Assembly (NCBI GenBank): GCA_040390065.1
Contig: JAZJZE010000009.1
Coordinates: 64,001-128,000, forward strand
DNA length: 64,000 bases
Direction: 5' to 3'
DNA from: a bacterium
Lineage (GTDB): Archaea; Thermoplasmatota; E2; JACPAO01; JAHFTW01
Position numbers and translations under genes: made by a program. Below the pieces are notes generated by a model. The model did not search any database. It was not told the origin of the DNA and saw only the letters and a program-made list of their open reading frames with translations. Of the stretch, positions 31,477 through 41,780 are shown piece after piece (position 1 is the first letter of the stretch; each line of letters begins with the position of its first letter).

Positions 31477-31705
31477 TTTCGAAGCGGCGCCAGGGGACAA
31501 CGCTGCCGCCTTGCTGGTTCGCCCGTCGGCGTCATCGGCGTTAGCCCATTTCGCGGCCCGGGTTGGCGCCATTCCTCCATGCCATCGCCGCCGTCGGAGG
31601 TCCACGGGAATGGGTTGCCGACCCAGGGAAGCAGGGAACCCCTTGCGCCGAATCAAAACTCCCCTTCAATAGGCCTATAAAGAACGGACCTTTGGAAACG
31701 ACTGC

Positions 31706-32068
31706 ATGCGTGTCCCGGTGGCCGAGCGCCTCCTTGCAGTGGTGGGATACGTCCCGTTCCTGTTCTGGGTGCCGGTCATCCTGCGCCGCGACTCCATGTT
31801 CTGCCAATTCCACGGCCGCCAGTCTGGCGTCCTGTGGGGCCTGTGGTTCCTGCCGAGCCTCATCCTCTTCGTGGCCTCCGTCTGGCTCCTGGGTGGCAGC
31901 GGTGGCGGCAAGAGCCTGGACACCATGCAGGTCGTGGTCTTCGGCATCCTCATGGTGCTCGGCATCCTGTACCTCGTCATGGCCTTCGTGGGCATCGTGA
32001 AGTCGCTGCTGCGCGAACGCTACCGGATGCCGGTCGTCGCCGACATCGCCCTGCTCCTGCGCCTGTAG
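31706..32068 (+). CDS. Small membrane protein (DUF4870-like)
   Basis: Three hydrophobic segments; FHGRQS and YRMPVVADIA patterns; TATAAA about 25 nt upstream. Confidence 0.65.
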   Translation: MRVPVAERLLAVVGYVPFLFWVPVILRRDSMFCQFHGRQSGVLWGLWFLPSLILFVASVWLLGGSGGGKSLDTMQVVVFGILMVLGILYLVMAFVGIVKSLLRERYRMPVVADIALLLRL

Positions 32069-32117
32069 CGCCGAGTTGGCAAACCTTATCGCAGACGCGC
32101 CACCATGGCCATGGCAC

Positions 32118-33197
32118 ATGCGCGCCTTGGCCCTGGCCCTGCTGGTCGTCGTCGTGCCCCTCTCCGGCTGCTTCGGTGGCGAAGCCCGCACCGAGTGGGC
32201 CTTCGACGTGACGCAACTCTCGACGCTCGCGGACATGGGCCGCAGCGGCTCCGGCGTCGTCGTCGCCATCCTGGATACGGGCATCAACCCGAACCACGTT
32301 GCCTTGTCGCACCTCTTCGACGGCGACCGTGGCAACGGCGAAGTCATCGAATTCAAGGACTACGTCAACCACCGCGACGGTGTTGGCAACGCCTACGACG
32401 ACGACGGCCACGGCAGCCACGTGGCTGGAATCATCGCGGCAAGCGGCTCGTCGCTTGGCGACAAGATCTCGTACAGCGGCATCGACCTCCTGGGCGGGGC
32501 GCCTGGCGTCACGCTCGTCATCGCGAAGGTGTGCGGACCTGGCTCCTGCAACTCCCAGGCGATTCCGGATGCCATCAACTGGGCGGTGTCGAAACATGCC
32601 CAGATCATCAGCATGAGTTTCGGCGGCGATGCGGCCCTCGGCGTGCTCGGCCTCAACCAGGACGCCATGACGCAAGCCTTGAACGGCGCCATCGCCAAGG
32701 GCATCGTTGCCGTCGCGGCAGCCGGCAACACGGGCCCCTCCAACGACGACGTCTCCGAACCCGCCGACATCCCCGACGTGATCGGTGTCGGCGCCATCCA
32801 GGAGGACGGGACGGTATGGACGAACTCCAGCCGGGGGAGCCCCATGGCCAACCGTTGCCAGCCGTCGCCCATTCCTGTTCTGCCGAGCGCCGGCCGCTGC
32901 GATCCCAGCAAGAAACCGGAACTCGTGGCCCCAGGGGTCGACATCCTCTCGTCCTGGACCGACGACAAGTACGTGCGGGCCACGGGCACCAGCCAGGCAA
33001 CACCGTTCGTGACCTCGGCCATCGCGCTCCTCCTGCAAGGCCGCGCCCCACTGCACAACGCCGACGACGTGCGCCACCTCAAGACGGTGCTCGAGCAGAC
33101 GGCCCGACCCGTCCCAGGCCAGACGCTGCCGCACGACGACGCAGCCGGGTACGGCCTTCTGCAGGCGAAGGCGGCGTACGACGCGTACCGCGGATGA
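32118..33197 (+). CDS. S8 subtilisin-like serine protease, lipoprotein
   Basis: Catalytic triad VAILDTG, GHGSHVAG, GTSQATP; oxyanion AAAGN; LSGC lipobox. Confidence 0.93.
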   Translation: MRALALALLVVVVPLSGCFGGEARTEWAFDVTQLSTLADMGRSGSGVVVAILDTGINPNHVALSHLFDGDRGNGEVIEFKDYVNHRDGVGNAYDDDGHGSHVAGIIAASGSSLGDKISYSGIDLLGGAPGVTLVIAKVCGPGSCNSQAIPDAINWAVSKHAQIISMSFGGDAALGVLGLNQDAMTQALNGAIAKGIVAVAAAGNTGPSNDDVSEPADIPDVIGVGAIQEDGTVWTNSSRGSPMANRCQPSPIPVLPSAGRCDPSKKPELVAPGVDILSSWTDDKYVRATGTSQATPFVTSAIALLLQGRAPLHNADDVRHLKTVLEQTARPVPGQTLPHDDAAGYGLLQAKAAYDAYRG

Positions 33198-33219
33198 GCC
33201 CGCACTCACCCCAACGCCC

Positions 33220-34179
33220 ATGAACGCGCCCCACCCTGCCGGCATCGTGCTGCATGACGTCATCATCATCGGCTCCGGCCCGGCCGGCTGCACGGCCGCC
33301 CTGTACGCCGCCCGCGCGAACCTCAAGGTCCTTGTCGTGGCCGGCTACGAGTCCGGCGGCCAGCTCATGATCACGTCGGACGTCGAGAACTATCCGGGCT
33401 TTGCCGAGGCCATCACGGGGCCCGACCTGATGGCGCGTTTCCGCAAGCAGGCGGAGCGCTTCGGTGCCGTCTTCAAGGACGAAGACGCGACGGCCGTGGA
33501 CTTCACGGGACGGCCGTTCAAGGTGACGAGCGATTCCGGCGTGCACGAGGCCCGCAGCATCATCGTGGCGACTGGCTCCTCGGCGAAATGGCTGGGGCTT
33601 GCGTCCGAGACGCGGCTGCGCGGCCACGGCGTCTCCGCGTGCGCGACCTGCGACGGCTTCTTCTTCAAGGAGAAGGAGGTCGTCGTCGTGGGCGGCGGCG
33701 ACTCGGCGATGGAGGAGGCAACGTTCCTCACCAAGTACGCGACCAAGGTCACGATCATCCACCGCCGCGACTCGTTCAAGGCATCGAAGATCATGGCCTC
33801 GCGCGCCATGAACCACCCGAAGATCAAGATCCTGTGGAACACGACGGTGGAGGAAGTCCTCGGCACGACGTCGGTGGAGGGCGTGCGCATCAAGGACGTC
33901 GCGACCGGCAAGGTCTCCGTCTATCCGGCCGGCGGCTACTTCTCCGCCATCGGCCACGTCCCCAACACGACCATCTTCAAGGGCCAGTTGCACCTCGACG
34001 AGATGGGATACATCCTGTCGGACGGCCCCGTCGAGACCAGCACGAGCGTCGAGGGCGTCTTCGTGGCCGGCGACGTGTACGACCACCGCTACAAGCAGGC
34101 CATCACGGCAGCCGGTTCCGGCTGCAAGGCGGCCATCGACGCCGAAAAGTGGCTGGAAGGGCAAGCTGCCCACGGCTGA
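33220..34179 (+). CDS. trxB: Thioredoxin reductase
   Basis: IIGSGPAG, CATCDG, VGGGDSA, HRRD and FVAGDV...QAITAAGSG. Confidence 0.96.
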   Translation: MNAPHPAGIVLHDVIIIGSGPAGCTAALYAARANLKVLVVAGYESGGQLMITSDVENYPGFAEAITGPDLMARFRKQAERFGAVFKDEDATAVDFTGRPFKVTSDSGVHEARSIIVATGSSAKWLGLASETRLRGHGVSACATCDGFFFKEKEVVVVGGGDSAMEEATFLTKYATKVTIIHRRDSFKASKIMASRAMNHPKIKILWNTTVEEVLGTTSVEGVRIKDVATGKVSVYPAGGYFSAIGHVPNTTIFKGQLHLDEMGYILSDGPVETSTSVEGVFVAGDVYDHRYKQAITAAGSGCKAAIDAEKWLEGQAAHG

Positions 34180-34245
34180 CCTGCGAGTTCGGCGGGCGCC
34201 AAACCTGGACCGCGGCCTTTCGTTGCAGCAATCCATTCGGGCACA

Positions 34246-35178
34246 ATGAGAACGCCTGCCGCGGTGGCCGCCGTGCTCCTCGTCCTGGCTAGCGGATGCG
34301 CGTCGCCCACCGCATCGCAGCCTGCGCCATCCCCTCTGCCGCTTCCGTCGTCGCCCCCCGGCGGCGAAGTCATGGCGCCGGCCTCGTCGTGCCTCAACGC
34401 CACGGGCGCCTCCCGCCACGCCCCGCCTCTGATGCGCGACGACGCACAGCCCCTGGCATCCCTCCCGGCTGCGTTCGGCGACGCCCTCGTCGGCGAACGG
34501 TGGCGGTTCGACCACCCCGATGGAAGGCAGCGCATCAACACGACGACGGAGCACGGTTACCTGCTCGTCGACCATGCGGCCGACGGCAGCATCGACGACG
34601 TCGTGTATGCGACGAACGTGACGTTGTCGCCCACCGATGAATCGGTGGCCATCCGGGGCATGCTCTTGTCGGCGCTCCTGGCCATGGGGGCCAACGCGAC
34701 GCACCTTCGCTTCGACCGCCACTGGTCCGGCCTTTTCGTGTACGAGCACGTGGGCGGCGTGGACGTCTCCGACTTCGCCTCCTACTCCGCCTCGTGGACA
34801 GTCCGCGGCGGGGGCGCCTTCGTCTACGTCTTCCTGAGGCAGTTGCATGACCTGGATGCAGCCCGCATCGCCGTGAGCCAAGCGGCGGCCCGCCAGGCCG
34901 GCTGGCCGGCCCTCGAATGCTACCTCCGGGAGAAGGGCCACGCGGAACTCGTGCCGGAAGGCGGCTTCCGGCAGAACAACCAGGCCAGGTACGGGCCCCT
35001 CGGGATCGCCTTGGACTCCGTCGTCTACAAGTTCGATTTCGGCACGGCCCGGATTTCCTGCGGGGCCGACGGCCCCCAAGTCTATGGCACCGAGGTCGAC
35101 ATCGACGCCGAAACGGGCCAGGCCATCCGGGTCAAGGCCCGGGCGCCCTGCGCAGACGCCCACGATCCCGACATCTAG
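34246..35178 (+). CDS. Hypothetical lipoprotein
   Basis: LVLASGC lipobox; C-terminal VDIDAETG PepSY-like end. Confidence 0.6.
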   Translation: MRTPAAVAAVLLVLASGCASPTASQPAPSPLPLPSSPPGGEVMAPASSCLNATGASRHAPPLMRDDAQPLASLPAAFGDALVGERWRFDHPDGRQRINTTTEHGYLLVDHAADGSIDDVVYATNVTLSPTDESVAIRGMLLSALLAMGANATHLRFDRHWSGLFVYEHVGGVDVSDFASYSASWTVRGGGAFVYVFLRQLHDLDAARIAVSQAAARQAGWPALECYLREKGHAELVPEGGFRQNNQARYGPLGIALDSVVYKFDFGTARISCGADGPQVYGTEVDIDAETGQAIRVKARAPCADAHDPDI

Positions 35179-35281
35179 CACGAGGCTAGCCTGGGTGTCC
35201 ACATGGCGCGCGGCCCACGCGCCCGACGGCACCGGTCGGCATGCAGCATCGCTAAGAACGCCAACCATCCTCGGCCTCGTC

Positions 35282-37384
35282 GTGGCCCGCAGCGCACCCA
35301 CCGCCCCCCCAATCTACATCGGCGTCGCCTGGCCGTACGCCAATGGGCCGCTGCACTTGGGCCACGTCGCCGGCTCGCTCTTGCCGCCCGACATCTTCCG
35401 GCGCGCCATGCGCATGCTCGGCCACGACGTCCTCATGGTGTCCGGCTCGGACTGCCACGGCACGCCCATCATGATCAAGGCCGAATCCGAAGGCAAGACG
35501 CCGGCACAGGTCGTCGAGCACTTCCACAAGGACCACGTGCGGGCTCTCGAGCGCCTCGGCATCGGCTTCGACCTCTTCACCACCACGACGACCGCGAACC
35601 ACAAGGAGTGGGTGCAGAAGGTGTTCCTTGCGGCCCTGGAGATGGGCTACATCGAGAAGCGCACCTCCAAAGCCCCCTACGATGCCAGGGCGGGCCGCTT
35701 CCTGCCGGACCGCTACGTCGAGGGCACCTGCCCGCATTGCAAGACGCCGGGCGCCCGCGGCGACCAATGCGACGCCTGCGGCAAGACCTTGGACCCGAAA
35801 GACCTCAAGGACCCGGTCTCGAAGCTCAACCCGGGAAACGCGGTCACGTTCCGCGACACGGAGCACTTCTTCTTCCTGCTCTCCAAGCTGCAGCCGGCGC
35901 TGGAGCGCTACGTCGCCGCGACCGCGGGCCACTGGCGGGCAAACACCATCAACTTCACCCAGAATTGGCTCAAGGAAGGCCTGCAGGACCGAGCCATCAC
36001 GCGCGACCTCACGTGGGGCATCGACATCCCACTTCCCGGCTACGACGACAAGCGCATCTACGTCTGGTTCGAGGCCGTCTGCGGCTACCTCTCCGCCGCC
36101 GTGGAGTGGGCAAAGAAGTCGGGGCACCCGGACGACTGGATGCGGTTCTGGACCGAGCCGGCATGCAAGGGCTACTACTTCCTCGGCAAGGACAACATCC
36201 CCTTCCACACCATCATCTGGCCCGCGATCCTCATCGCGTACAACGAGAAGCGCGGCAAGGATGGCCAGAGGAGGCTCAACCTGCCGTTCGACGTGCCGGC
36301 CAACGAGTTCCTCAACCTCGCCGGCCTGAAGTTCAGCAAGTCGCAAGGCGTCGGCATCGGCGTGCACGAGGTCCTCGACCGCTTCGAGGCGGACGCCGTG
36401 CGCTACTACCTCAGCATCAACATGCCCGAGGGCAAGGACGCAGACTGGACATGGGACGACTTCTCCTCGAAGGTCAACGACGAACTCGTCGGCACGCTCG
36501 GGAACCTGTTCAACCGCGTCACCACCATCGCGCAGAGGAGCCTGGCGACGATTCCGCCGGAGCCGCCCGCCAGCCACAAGCTGTCGCAGCAAGTCGAGGC
36601 AGCGATCCTCGGGTGCGGCGAGGACATGGCCCTGCACCTGCAATCCGTGCGACTGCGCCCCGCAATGCGGCGCCTCATGGACCTCGCCGGACAGGGAAAC
36701 CAGTGGATGCAGGAGGCCGCACCTTGGGCCAAGCTCAAGACCGACCCGGCGGAGGCCGCGCACGACTTGCACGCCCTGCTGCGCCTTTGCCGCGCCCTTT
36801 CCGTCTACATGGCTCCGTTCATGCCGACCGCGGCCGCCAACGCATGGACGGCGCTTGGCGAAGCGGGCTCCGTGCATGACCAGCCGTGGTCCGCCGCGCG
36901 GGCTCACGTGAAGGTCGGCGCAGCCCTCCCCGAAGCGAAGCCCCTCTTCAAGAAACTCGACCCGAAGGAGATTGCTGCATTGTCCGGACCCACACCAGCC
37001 TCGCCAGGAGAGCCGAAAGCCGCGGCCCCCGAAGCCACGGCGCACCCGAACAAGGACGGGCCCGTCACCATCGAGGAGTTCCAGCGCATCCACATCCGCA
37101 TCGCCAAGATCAAGTCCGTCGAGAACCACCCGAAGGCGGACAAATTGTACGTCCTCAAACTCGACGCCGGCGACCTCGGCGAGCGGCAAGTCGTCGCGGG
37201 ATTGAAGGCGCATTACAAGCCCGAGGAACTCGTGGGCAAGACGGTGGCCTTCGTGGCCAACCTCAAACCGGCCGTTCTGCGCGGCGTGGAGAGCCAAGGC
37301 ATGGTCCTGGCCGGCGACGACGGCACCCTGGTCGGCGTCCTGACGCCAGACCGCGCCCTGCCCGCGGGTTCCAAAGTGCGCTAG
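35282..37384 (+). CDS. metG: Methionine--tRNA ligase with C-terminal OB-fold (Trbp111-like) domain
   Basis: PYANGPLHLGH (HIGH), Zn knuckle CPHC..GDQCDAC, YVWFEA, KFSKS and HPKADKLY; start approximate. Confidence 0.97.
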   Translation: MARSAPTAPPIYIGVAWPYANGPLHLGHVAGSLLPPDIFRRAMRMLGHDVLMVSGSDCHGTPIMIKAESEGKTPAQVVEHFHKDHVRALERLGIGFDLFTTTTTANHKEWVQKVFLAALEMGYIEKRTSKAPYDARAGRFLPDRYVEGTCPHCKTPGARGDQCDACGKTLDPKDLKDPVSKLNPGNAVTFRDTEHFFFLLSKLQPALERYVAATAGHWRANTINFTQNWLKEGLQDRAITRDLTWGIDIPLPGYDDKRIYVWFEAVCGYLSAAVEWAKKSGHPDDWMRFWTEPACKGYYFLGKDNIPFHTIIWPAILIAYNEKRGKDGQRRLNLPFDVPANEFLNLAGLKFSKSQGVGIGVHEVLDRFEADAVRYYLSINMPEGKDADWTWDDFSSKVNDELVGTLGNLFNRVTTIAQRSLATIPPEPPASHKLSQQVEAAILGCGEDMALHLQSVRLRPAMRRLMDLAGQGNQWMQEAAPWAKLKTDPAEAAHDLHALLRLCRALSVYMAPFMPTAAANAWTALGEAGSVHDQPWSAARAHVKVGAALPEAKPLFKKLDPKEIAALSGPTPASPGEPKAAAPEATAHPNKDGPVTIEEFQRIHIRIAKIKSVENHPKADKLYVLKLDAGDLGERQVVAGLKAHYKPEELVGKTVAFVANLKPAVLRGVESQGMVLAGDDGTLVGVLTPDRALPAGSKVR

Positions 37385-37388
37385 CCGC

Positions 37389-38264
37389 CTACCCCGGCGT
37401 CTCGTCGATGACCTTCTTGGATCGGATGAACGTCCCCTTGCGCAAGTCGCTCACGGCCTCGACGATCTCGTCATTGGTGTTCATGACGATAGGGCCGTGC
37501 CACGCGATGGGCTCACCAAGCGGCGTCCCGGACACGAGAATGAAGCGTACGCCCTCCTCGCCTGCCACGACGTGCACGTTGTCCCCCGGACCGTAGACGG
37601 CCGTCTCCCCCGGTCCAAACCAGGAATCCGCATCGAAGCGCCCCTTGCCGGAGAGAATCTGCGCAAAGACGGTGTCGCCGGTGCGAACCTTGTGCTTGAA
37701 TTCTGACGTCGGCTGCAACGCGACGTCGAGGTAGTGCGGGTCCACGGCCGTGTTGTGCACCGGCCCCGTCGCGCCTTCATGCGTCCCCGCGATGACCTTG
37801 ATGACCGACCCGTCGGCGCCCTTCACCACGGGGATTGCATTCGCCGTCACGCCACGATAGGCGGGCGTCTCCATCTTGAGGCGGCGCGGCAGGTTGATCC
37901 ACAACTGCAGACCGGACAAGAGACCGTCCGTGCGTTGCGGCATCTCCTGGTGCATGATGCCGGAGCCAGCACTCATCCACTGCACCTCGCCGGGCCCGAT
38001 GGTTCCCTTGTTGCCGAGAGTGTCCTCGTGGTCCGTGCGGCCATCTAGCATGTACGTCACGGTCTCCATGCCGCGGTGCGGATGCCACGGGAAACCCTTG
38101 ACGTAATCCTCGGGCCGCGTCGAACCAAAATTGTCCAACAGCAGGAACGGGTCGAGAAGCGGCACCTCGGCATTGCCGAACATGCGGCTCAAGCGGACGC
38201 CAGCACCCTCCATCGTGGGGCGGCCGCGGAAGCGGCGGGCGATGATGCGCGTGGTTGGTTGCAT
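37389..38264 (-). CDS. Pirin family protein
   Basis: EGAGV, DPFLLLD, GFPWHPHRGMETVTY, WMSAGSGIMHQE, QLWINLP and GPIVMN. Confidence 0.95.
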   Translation of the reverse strand: MQPTTRIIARRFRGRPTMEGAGVRLSRMFGNAEVPLLDPFLLLDNFGSTRPEDYVKGFPWHPHRGMETVTYMLDGRTDHEDTLGNKGTIGPGEVQWMSAGSGIMHQEMPQRTDGLLSGLQLWINLPRRLKMETPAYRGVTANAIPVVKGADGSVIKVIAGTHEGATGPVHNTAVDPHYLDVALQPTSEFKHKVRTGDTVFAQILSGKGRFDADSWFGPGETAVYGPGDNVHVVAGEEGVRFILVSGTPLGEPIAWHGPIVMNTNDEIVEAVSDLRKGTFIRSKKVIDETPG

Positions 38265-38433
38265 GGGGCCCAGGCAGAAACGCCCGACATTTAGACATGG
38301 TTGAAGGCGCAAAGACCGGGGAAGAACAGAAAAACGGGCAGCCTGCTTGTCACCGACCAACGCGCGATTTGTCCTCCTCCGACGGCGCCGACCACAGATT
38401 GCGACAAATCGCACATGGCGAGCTGGAGTGCTC

Positions 38434-38671
38434 CCGGTCGGGGCGAGCCGCCCGTCGCGAAGCGCGGGCGTGCGAGGGCGTGGCAAGCCCACGGCGAAGC
38501 GGGTGGGCGGGGGCCGCCGGGGGCCCGACGTGGCTGTCGGGTTGAATTGGCTGGCCAGTGTCGGCGGCCTGGGATTGCGGGGATCAAACGGCGACGTTTG
38601 GGATTTGGCGGTCGACCACGCAGTCCCAAGAATCGCCGTTGGCATCCCCGAAATCCGAAGGCCGCCCACAC
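38434..38671. repeat. Intergenic palindromic repeat family, copy G (hairpin 38558-38671, different inner stem)
   Basis: Arms GTGTCGGCGGCCT / AGGCCGCCCACAC; upstream CCGGTCGGGGCGAGC and GGGCCGCCGGGGGCC modules. Confidence 0.75.
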
Positions 38672-38681
38672 TCCGCCGCCC

Positions 38682-38753
38682 AACGAACCACTGAACGCAC
38701 TGAACGCCCCGGCGCGTCGGGTCCAGTGAGCTCAGTGAATTCAGTGGTTCGTT
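38682..38753. repeat. 22-bp imperfect inverted repeat with 9-nt internal periodicity
   Basis: AACGAACCACTGAACGCACTGA ... TCAGTGAATTCAGTGGTTCGTT (20/22 paired). Confidence 0.8.
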
Positions 38754-38823
38754 CGGAGGCACAGCCAGCCACGCGGCCGGCAGACCGCCGCCGTCATCTG
38801 CGGCTCGCGCCGTCCGACAAGGC

Positions 38824-39309
38824 GTGGCTCGGCACAAGGTGGACGGGGTGGTGAAGCTCCTTTTCTGGGCGCTCCTGCTGTTCCCGGCAGCCGTGATTGG
38901 CCCCCTGCTGTGGAAGATCATCACATTCGGGGCAGAGCGCGCGCTGGAGGGGCGACTCCCGCCCCCCTGGGCCCGCGCAGCCATGTTGCTGCCCTACCTG
39001 CTACTCGTTGCGGCGGGTTTCACCGGGCTCACGTATCGAACCCTGCGCAACGACTGGTGGCCGCTCTTGAACGCCATGAGCGCTGGACTACCTGTCGCGT
39101 TGGTCTGGGGGGGCGCTTGGTGGAACCTGGCCGGGGCATGGACCTGCGGATTCTTCTGCGTCGACGCGACTCCGCCTGGGTTGCCGCTCTTGTTGGGATT
39201 GTGGGCAGGCACCACGATGGCTGGCGGCTTTGCATTGGGGGGCTGGCTCGTGGCGCGCCGAACCCGCTCCCCGGTTCTGGGTGGTCTCGCAATTGAGAAA
39301 TCGAATTGA
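38824..39309 (+). CDS. Hypothetical membrane protein (about 4 TM)
   Basis: Alternating hydrophobic segments; start uncertain. Confidence 0.55.
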   Translation: MARHKVDGVVKLLFWALLLFPAAVIGPLLWKIITFGAERALEGRLPPPWARAAMLLPYLLLVAAGFTGLTYRTLRNDWWPLLNAMSAGLPVALVWGGAWWNLAGAWTCGFFCVDATPPGLPLLLGLWAGTTMAGGFALGGWLVARRTRSPVLGGLAIEKSN

Positions 39310-39340
39310 CAACGGCCGACAGCCTCGAACGACCGCCCTA

Positions 39341-39544
39341 CCGGCCTCGGGGGCCGGAGGCGAGCGAAGCGAGCCACGCGATGCTCACGCCGAGCGAAGC
39401 GATGGCGCCGTGGACGCGGATGAGGCCGGGCCGCGATGAGCGGCCCGACGCCGACCGGCCCCCGTCTCCTCCGGGGGGTCTGGGGCCCGGAGGGCCCCAG
39501 AGTGGGCCGAACCCCATGCGTTTGGTTTGGTCCGAGCGCAGCGA
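39341..39544. repeat. Cluster of GC hairpins with three CGAGCGMAGCGA motifs between convergent genes
   Basis: Hairpins at 39427-39447 and 39480-39500; motif at 39361, 39391 and 39533. Confidence 0.65.
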
Positions 39545-39553
39545 TGGAGCCAA

Positions 39554-39805
39554 TCAAACGTTGACGACGGCTTTGACTTCCGGCACGCGTTCCTTGAGGA
39601 TGCGCTCGATGCCGGCCTGGAGTGTGAGGGTGCTCATGCCGCAGCCGTTGCAGGCTCCATGCATGCGCAGTTGGACGACACCCGTGTCCGGGCTGAAGTC
39701 GACGAGTTCCGCGTCGCCGCCGTCGAATTGCAGGGCGGGCCGGATCTCGTCCAAGGCGGCCTGCAGGCGGGCCATCAGTTCGGAGGCGGTCTCGAGTTCT
39801 GCCAT
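39554..39805 (-). CDS. NifU/Nfu-type Fe-S cluster carrier
   Basis: IRPALQFDGGD..L...V.LRMHGACNGC.MSTLTL..GIE. Confidence 0.92.
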   Translation of the reverse strand: MAELETASELMARLQAALDEIRPALQFDGGDAELVDFSPDTGVVQLRMHGACNGCGMSTLTLQAGIERILKERVPEVKAVVNV

Positions 39806-39986
39806 CGTGGTCCTACTCTACGGCCGTGGCCATAAGGCTTCGCCTCGGCGCGATGGCGTCCCTCGCCGCGCTTGGACCCATCGCGCCGTGGGCGGGTTGC
39901 ACCCGCCCCCGCCCGTTCGGCCTGTTGGCCTCGCGGGCAGGTCGCCGACGGGGGCAACGCGTGGCATGCCCGCGAAGCCAACGACG

Positions 39987-41780
39987 CTACGCGCCGAATC
40001 CGAGGAAGTTTGCTGCTGCCCTGAAGGACGCATCCATGAATGGCTGCGGCCAGACGCCCATGGCCAGGATGAGGAGGGCGCAGACTCCGACGGCTGCGAT
40101 GGTGCCCGCGGGTGCGTCGAGGCGGCCGGTCTCGCCCTCGTCGACGTACATGGCGCGCATGACGCGCAGGTAGACGAACAGGCTGATGGCCGAATTGATG
40201 ACCGCGATGATGGCGAGCCAGGTGAGCCAGCCCATGTGCTGCGTCGTGCCCGCGTCCACGGCTCCCGAGAAGAGGACGAACTTGCTGGCAAATCCGCCAA
40301 GCGGCGGCAGGCCGGCCATGGAGAGCAGGAACAGCGTCATGGCGAAGGCGAGGAACGGTGCGCGCTTGCCGAGGCCGCGCCAATCCGAGATCTGGTCGGG
40401 GAGTCCGGCGTAGAGGAGGGCGCCGACGATGAGGAATGCGCCGAGCTTCATGGCGGCGTTGGCAAGGAGGTGGAAGAAACCGCCGCCGAGGGCGAGTGTT
40501 GCCGTCTTCTGCGCCAGGAGCGACGCCTGGTTGGCCTCCGAACCGCCGACGGCGCCGGCTGCGACGACGGCGATGAGGACGTAGCCGGCCTGCGCGATGG
40601 AGGAGTAGGCCAACATGCGACGGATGTTGGTCTGCTGCAGCGCAACGAGGTTGCCGAAGAACATGCTCGCCACGGCGATGACCGCGACGACCAGTTCCCA
40701 GTTCGCGTGCGCGCCCGGCAAGCCGATGAGGAAGACGCTGAAGATGGCCGCGAAGCCCATGGCCTTGCTGGCGGCGGCGAGCATTCCGGCGACGGGGACG
40801 GGCGCGCCTGCGTAGACGTCGGGCGCCCAGGCGTGGAAGGGCACGCTCGAGATCTTGAAGCCCAGGCCGGCTAGCAGCATGACGATGGGGATCAGCATCG
40901 CGGCGTCGAAGGCGCCGTGCGTGCGGATGGCCGTTGCGAGGCTCGCGATGTTCGTCGTTCCCGCCATGCCGTACAGGAGGCTTACCGCGAACAGCAGGAG
41001 GCCGCTCGAGATGGCGCCGATGGTGAAGTACTTCAGGCTGGCCTCGGCGCCGACGGCGTCGCGGCGGAAGCCCGCAAGGACGTAGCTGGACATGGACGTC
41101 ATCTCGATGCCGAGGACCAGGACGATGAGGTCGCGGGCGGAGGCGACGACCATCATGCCGAGGGTGGCAAAGAGGATGAGGCTCACGAATTCGCCCCAGT
41201 CCTCCTCGGTCTTGCCCTTGAGGGGCTTGCCGACGCCGAGGATGGCGATGAAGGCGACGCCGAGGAAGAGGACCTTGAGAAGCTGGCTGGCGTACGTCAC
41301 CGACAGGACGTGCGCGACCGGGTCGCCGGCGACGAGGGCGTCCTGGCTGCGGGCAATGTAGTCGAAGGGCACCGAGAAGCTGCCGATGTTCAGGGTCCAC
41401 GACACCAGGCTCGAGGCGCAGAGGAAGAGGGCGCCGCCGAGGCCGACGACGGCGAAGTTGCGCATGTCGCGGCCCGTGGAGTTGCCGAGGCCGACCAGCG
41501 GCGCCAGCACTGCGAACAGCAGGATGACGAGTTCGGGCGTCAAGGCCTGCCACGACGGCGGCATGGCGAAGTGCTTGAAATTCTCCGACGTCCACCAGTG
41601 CTGCATGTAGCCGAGGACGAGGACGGCGGCGAGCGCCGCGATGAGGAGCCAGCCGAGGATGCCGTTGTCTTTCTTCGTGGCCGCGGGGGTCGGCATGTGC
41701 TCGGGGACTGGCATGGATGGCGACGGCGTAGCCAGGACGTTGGCGGCCTCGACCTCCATCGCATCAGCGTCGTCCTCCAT
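39987..41780 (-). CDS. nuoN: NADH-quinone oxidoreductase subunit N (N-terminally extended)
   Basis: EASLKYF, GFKISSVPFHAWAPDVYAGAP, RMLAYSSIAQAGY, SMAGLPP.GGF.SK. Confidence 0.95.
   Translation of the reverse strand: MEDDADAMEVEAANVLATPSPSMPVPEHMPTPAATKKDNGILGWLLIAALAAVLVLGYMQHWWTSENFKHFAMPPSWQALTPELVILLFAVLAPLVGLGNSTGRDMRNFAVVGLGGALFLCASSLVSWTLNIGSFSVPFDYIARSQDALVAGDPVAHVLSVTYASQLLKVLFLGVAFIAILGVGKPLKGKTEEDWGEFVSLILFATLGMMVVASARDLIVLVLGIEMTSMSSYVLAGFRRDAVGAEASLKYFTIGAISSGLLLFAVSLLYGMAGTTNIASLATAIRTHGAFDAAMLIPIVMLLAGLGFKISSVPFHAWAPDVYAGAPVPVAGMLAAASKAMGFAAIFSVFLIGLPGAHANWELVVAVIAVASMFFGNLVALQQTNIRRMLAYSSIAQAGYVLIAVVAAGAVGGSEANQASLLAQKTATLALGGGFFHLLANAAMKLGAFLIVGALLYAGLPDQISDWRGLGKRAPFLAFAMTLFLLSMAGLPPLGGFASKFVLFSGAVDAGTTQHMGWLTWLAIIAVINSAISLFVYLRVMRAMYVDEGETGRLDAPAGTIAAVGVCALLILAMGVWPQPFMDASFRAAANFLGFGA

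Noticed and set aside
38600-38611. GGGATTTGGCGG shared with the junction of the tRNA-array unit
   Set aside because: Only a 12-nt match with no flanking similarity; probably coincidental.
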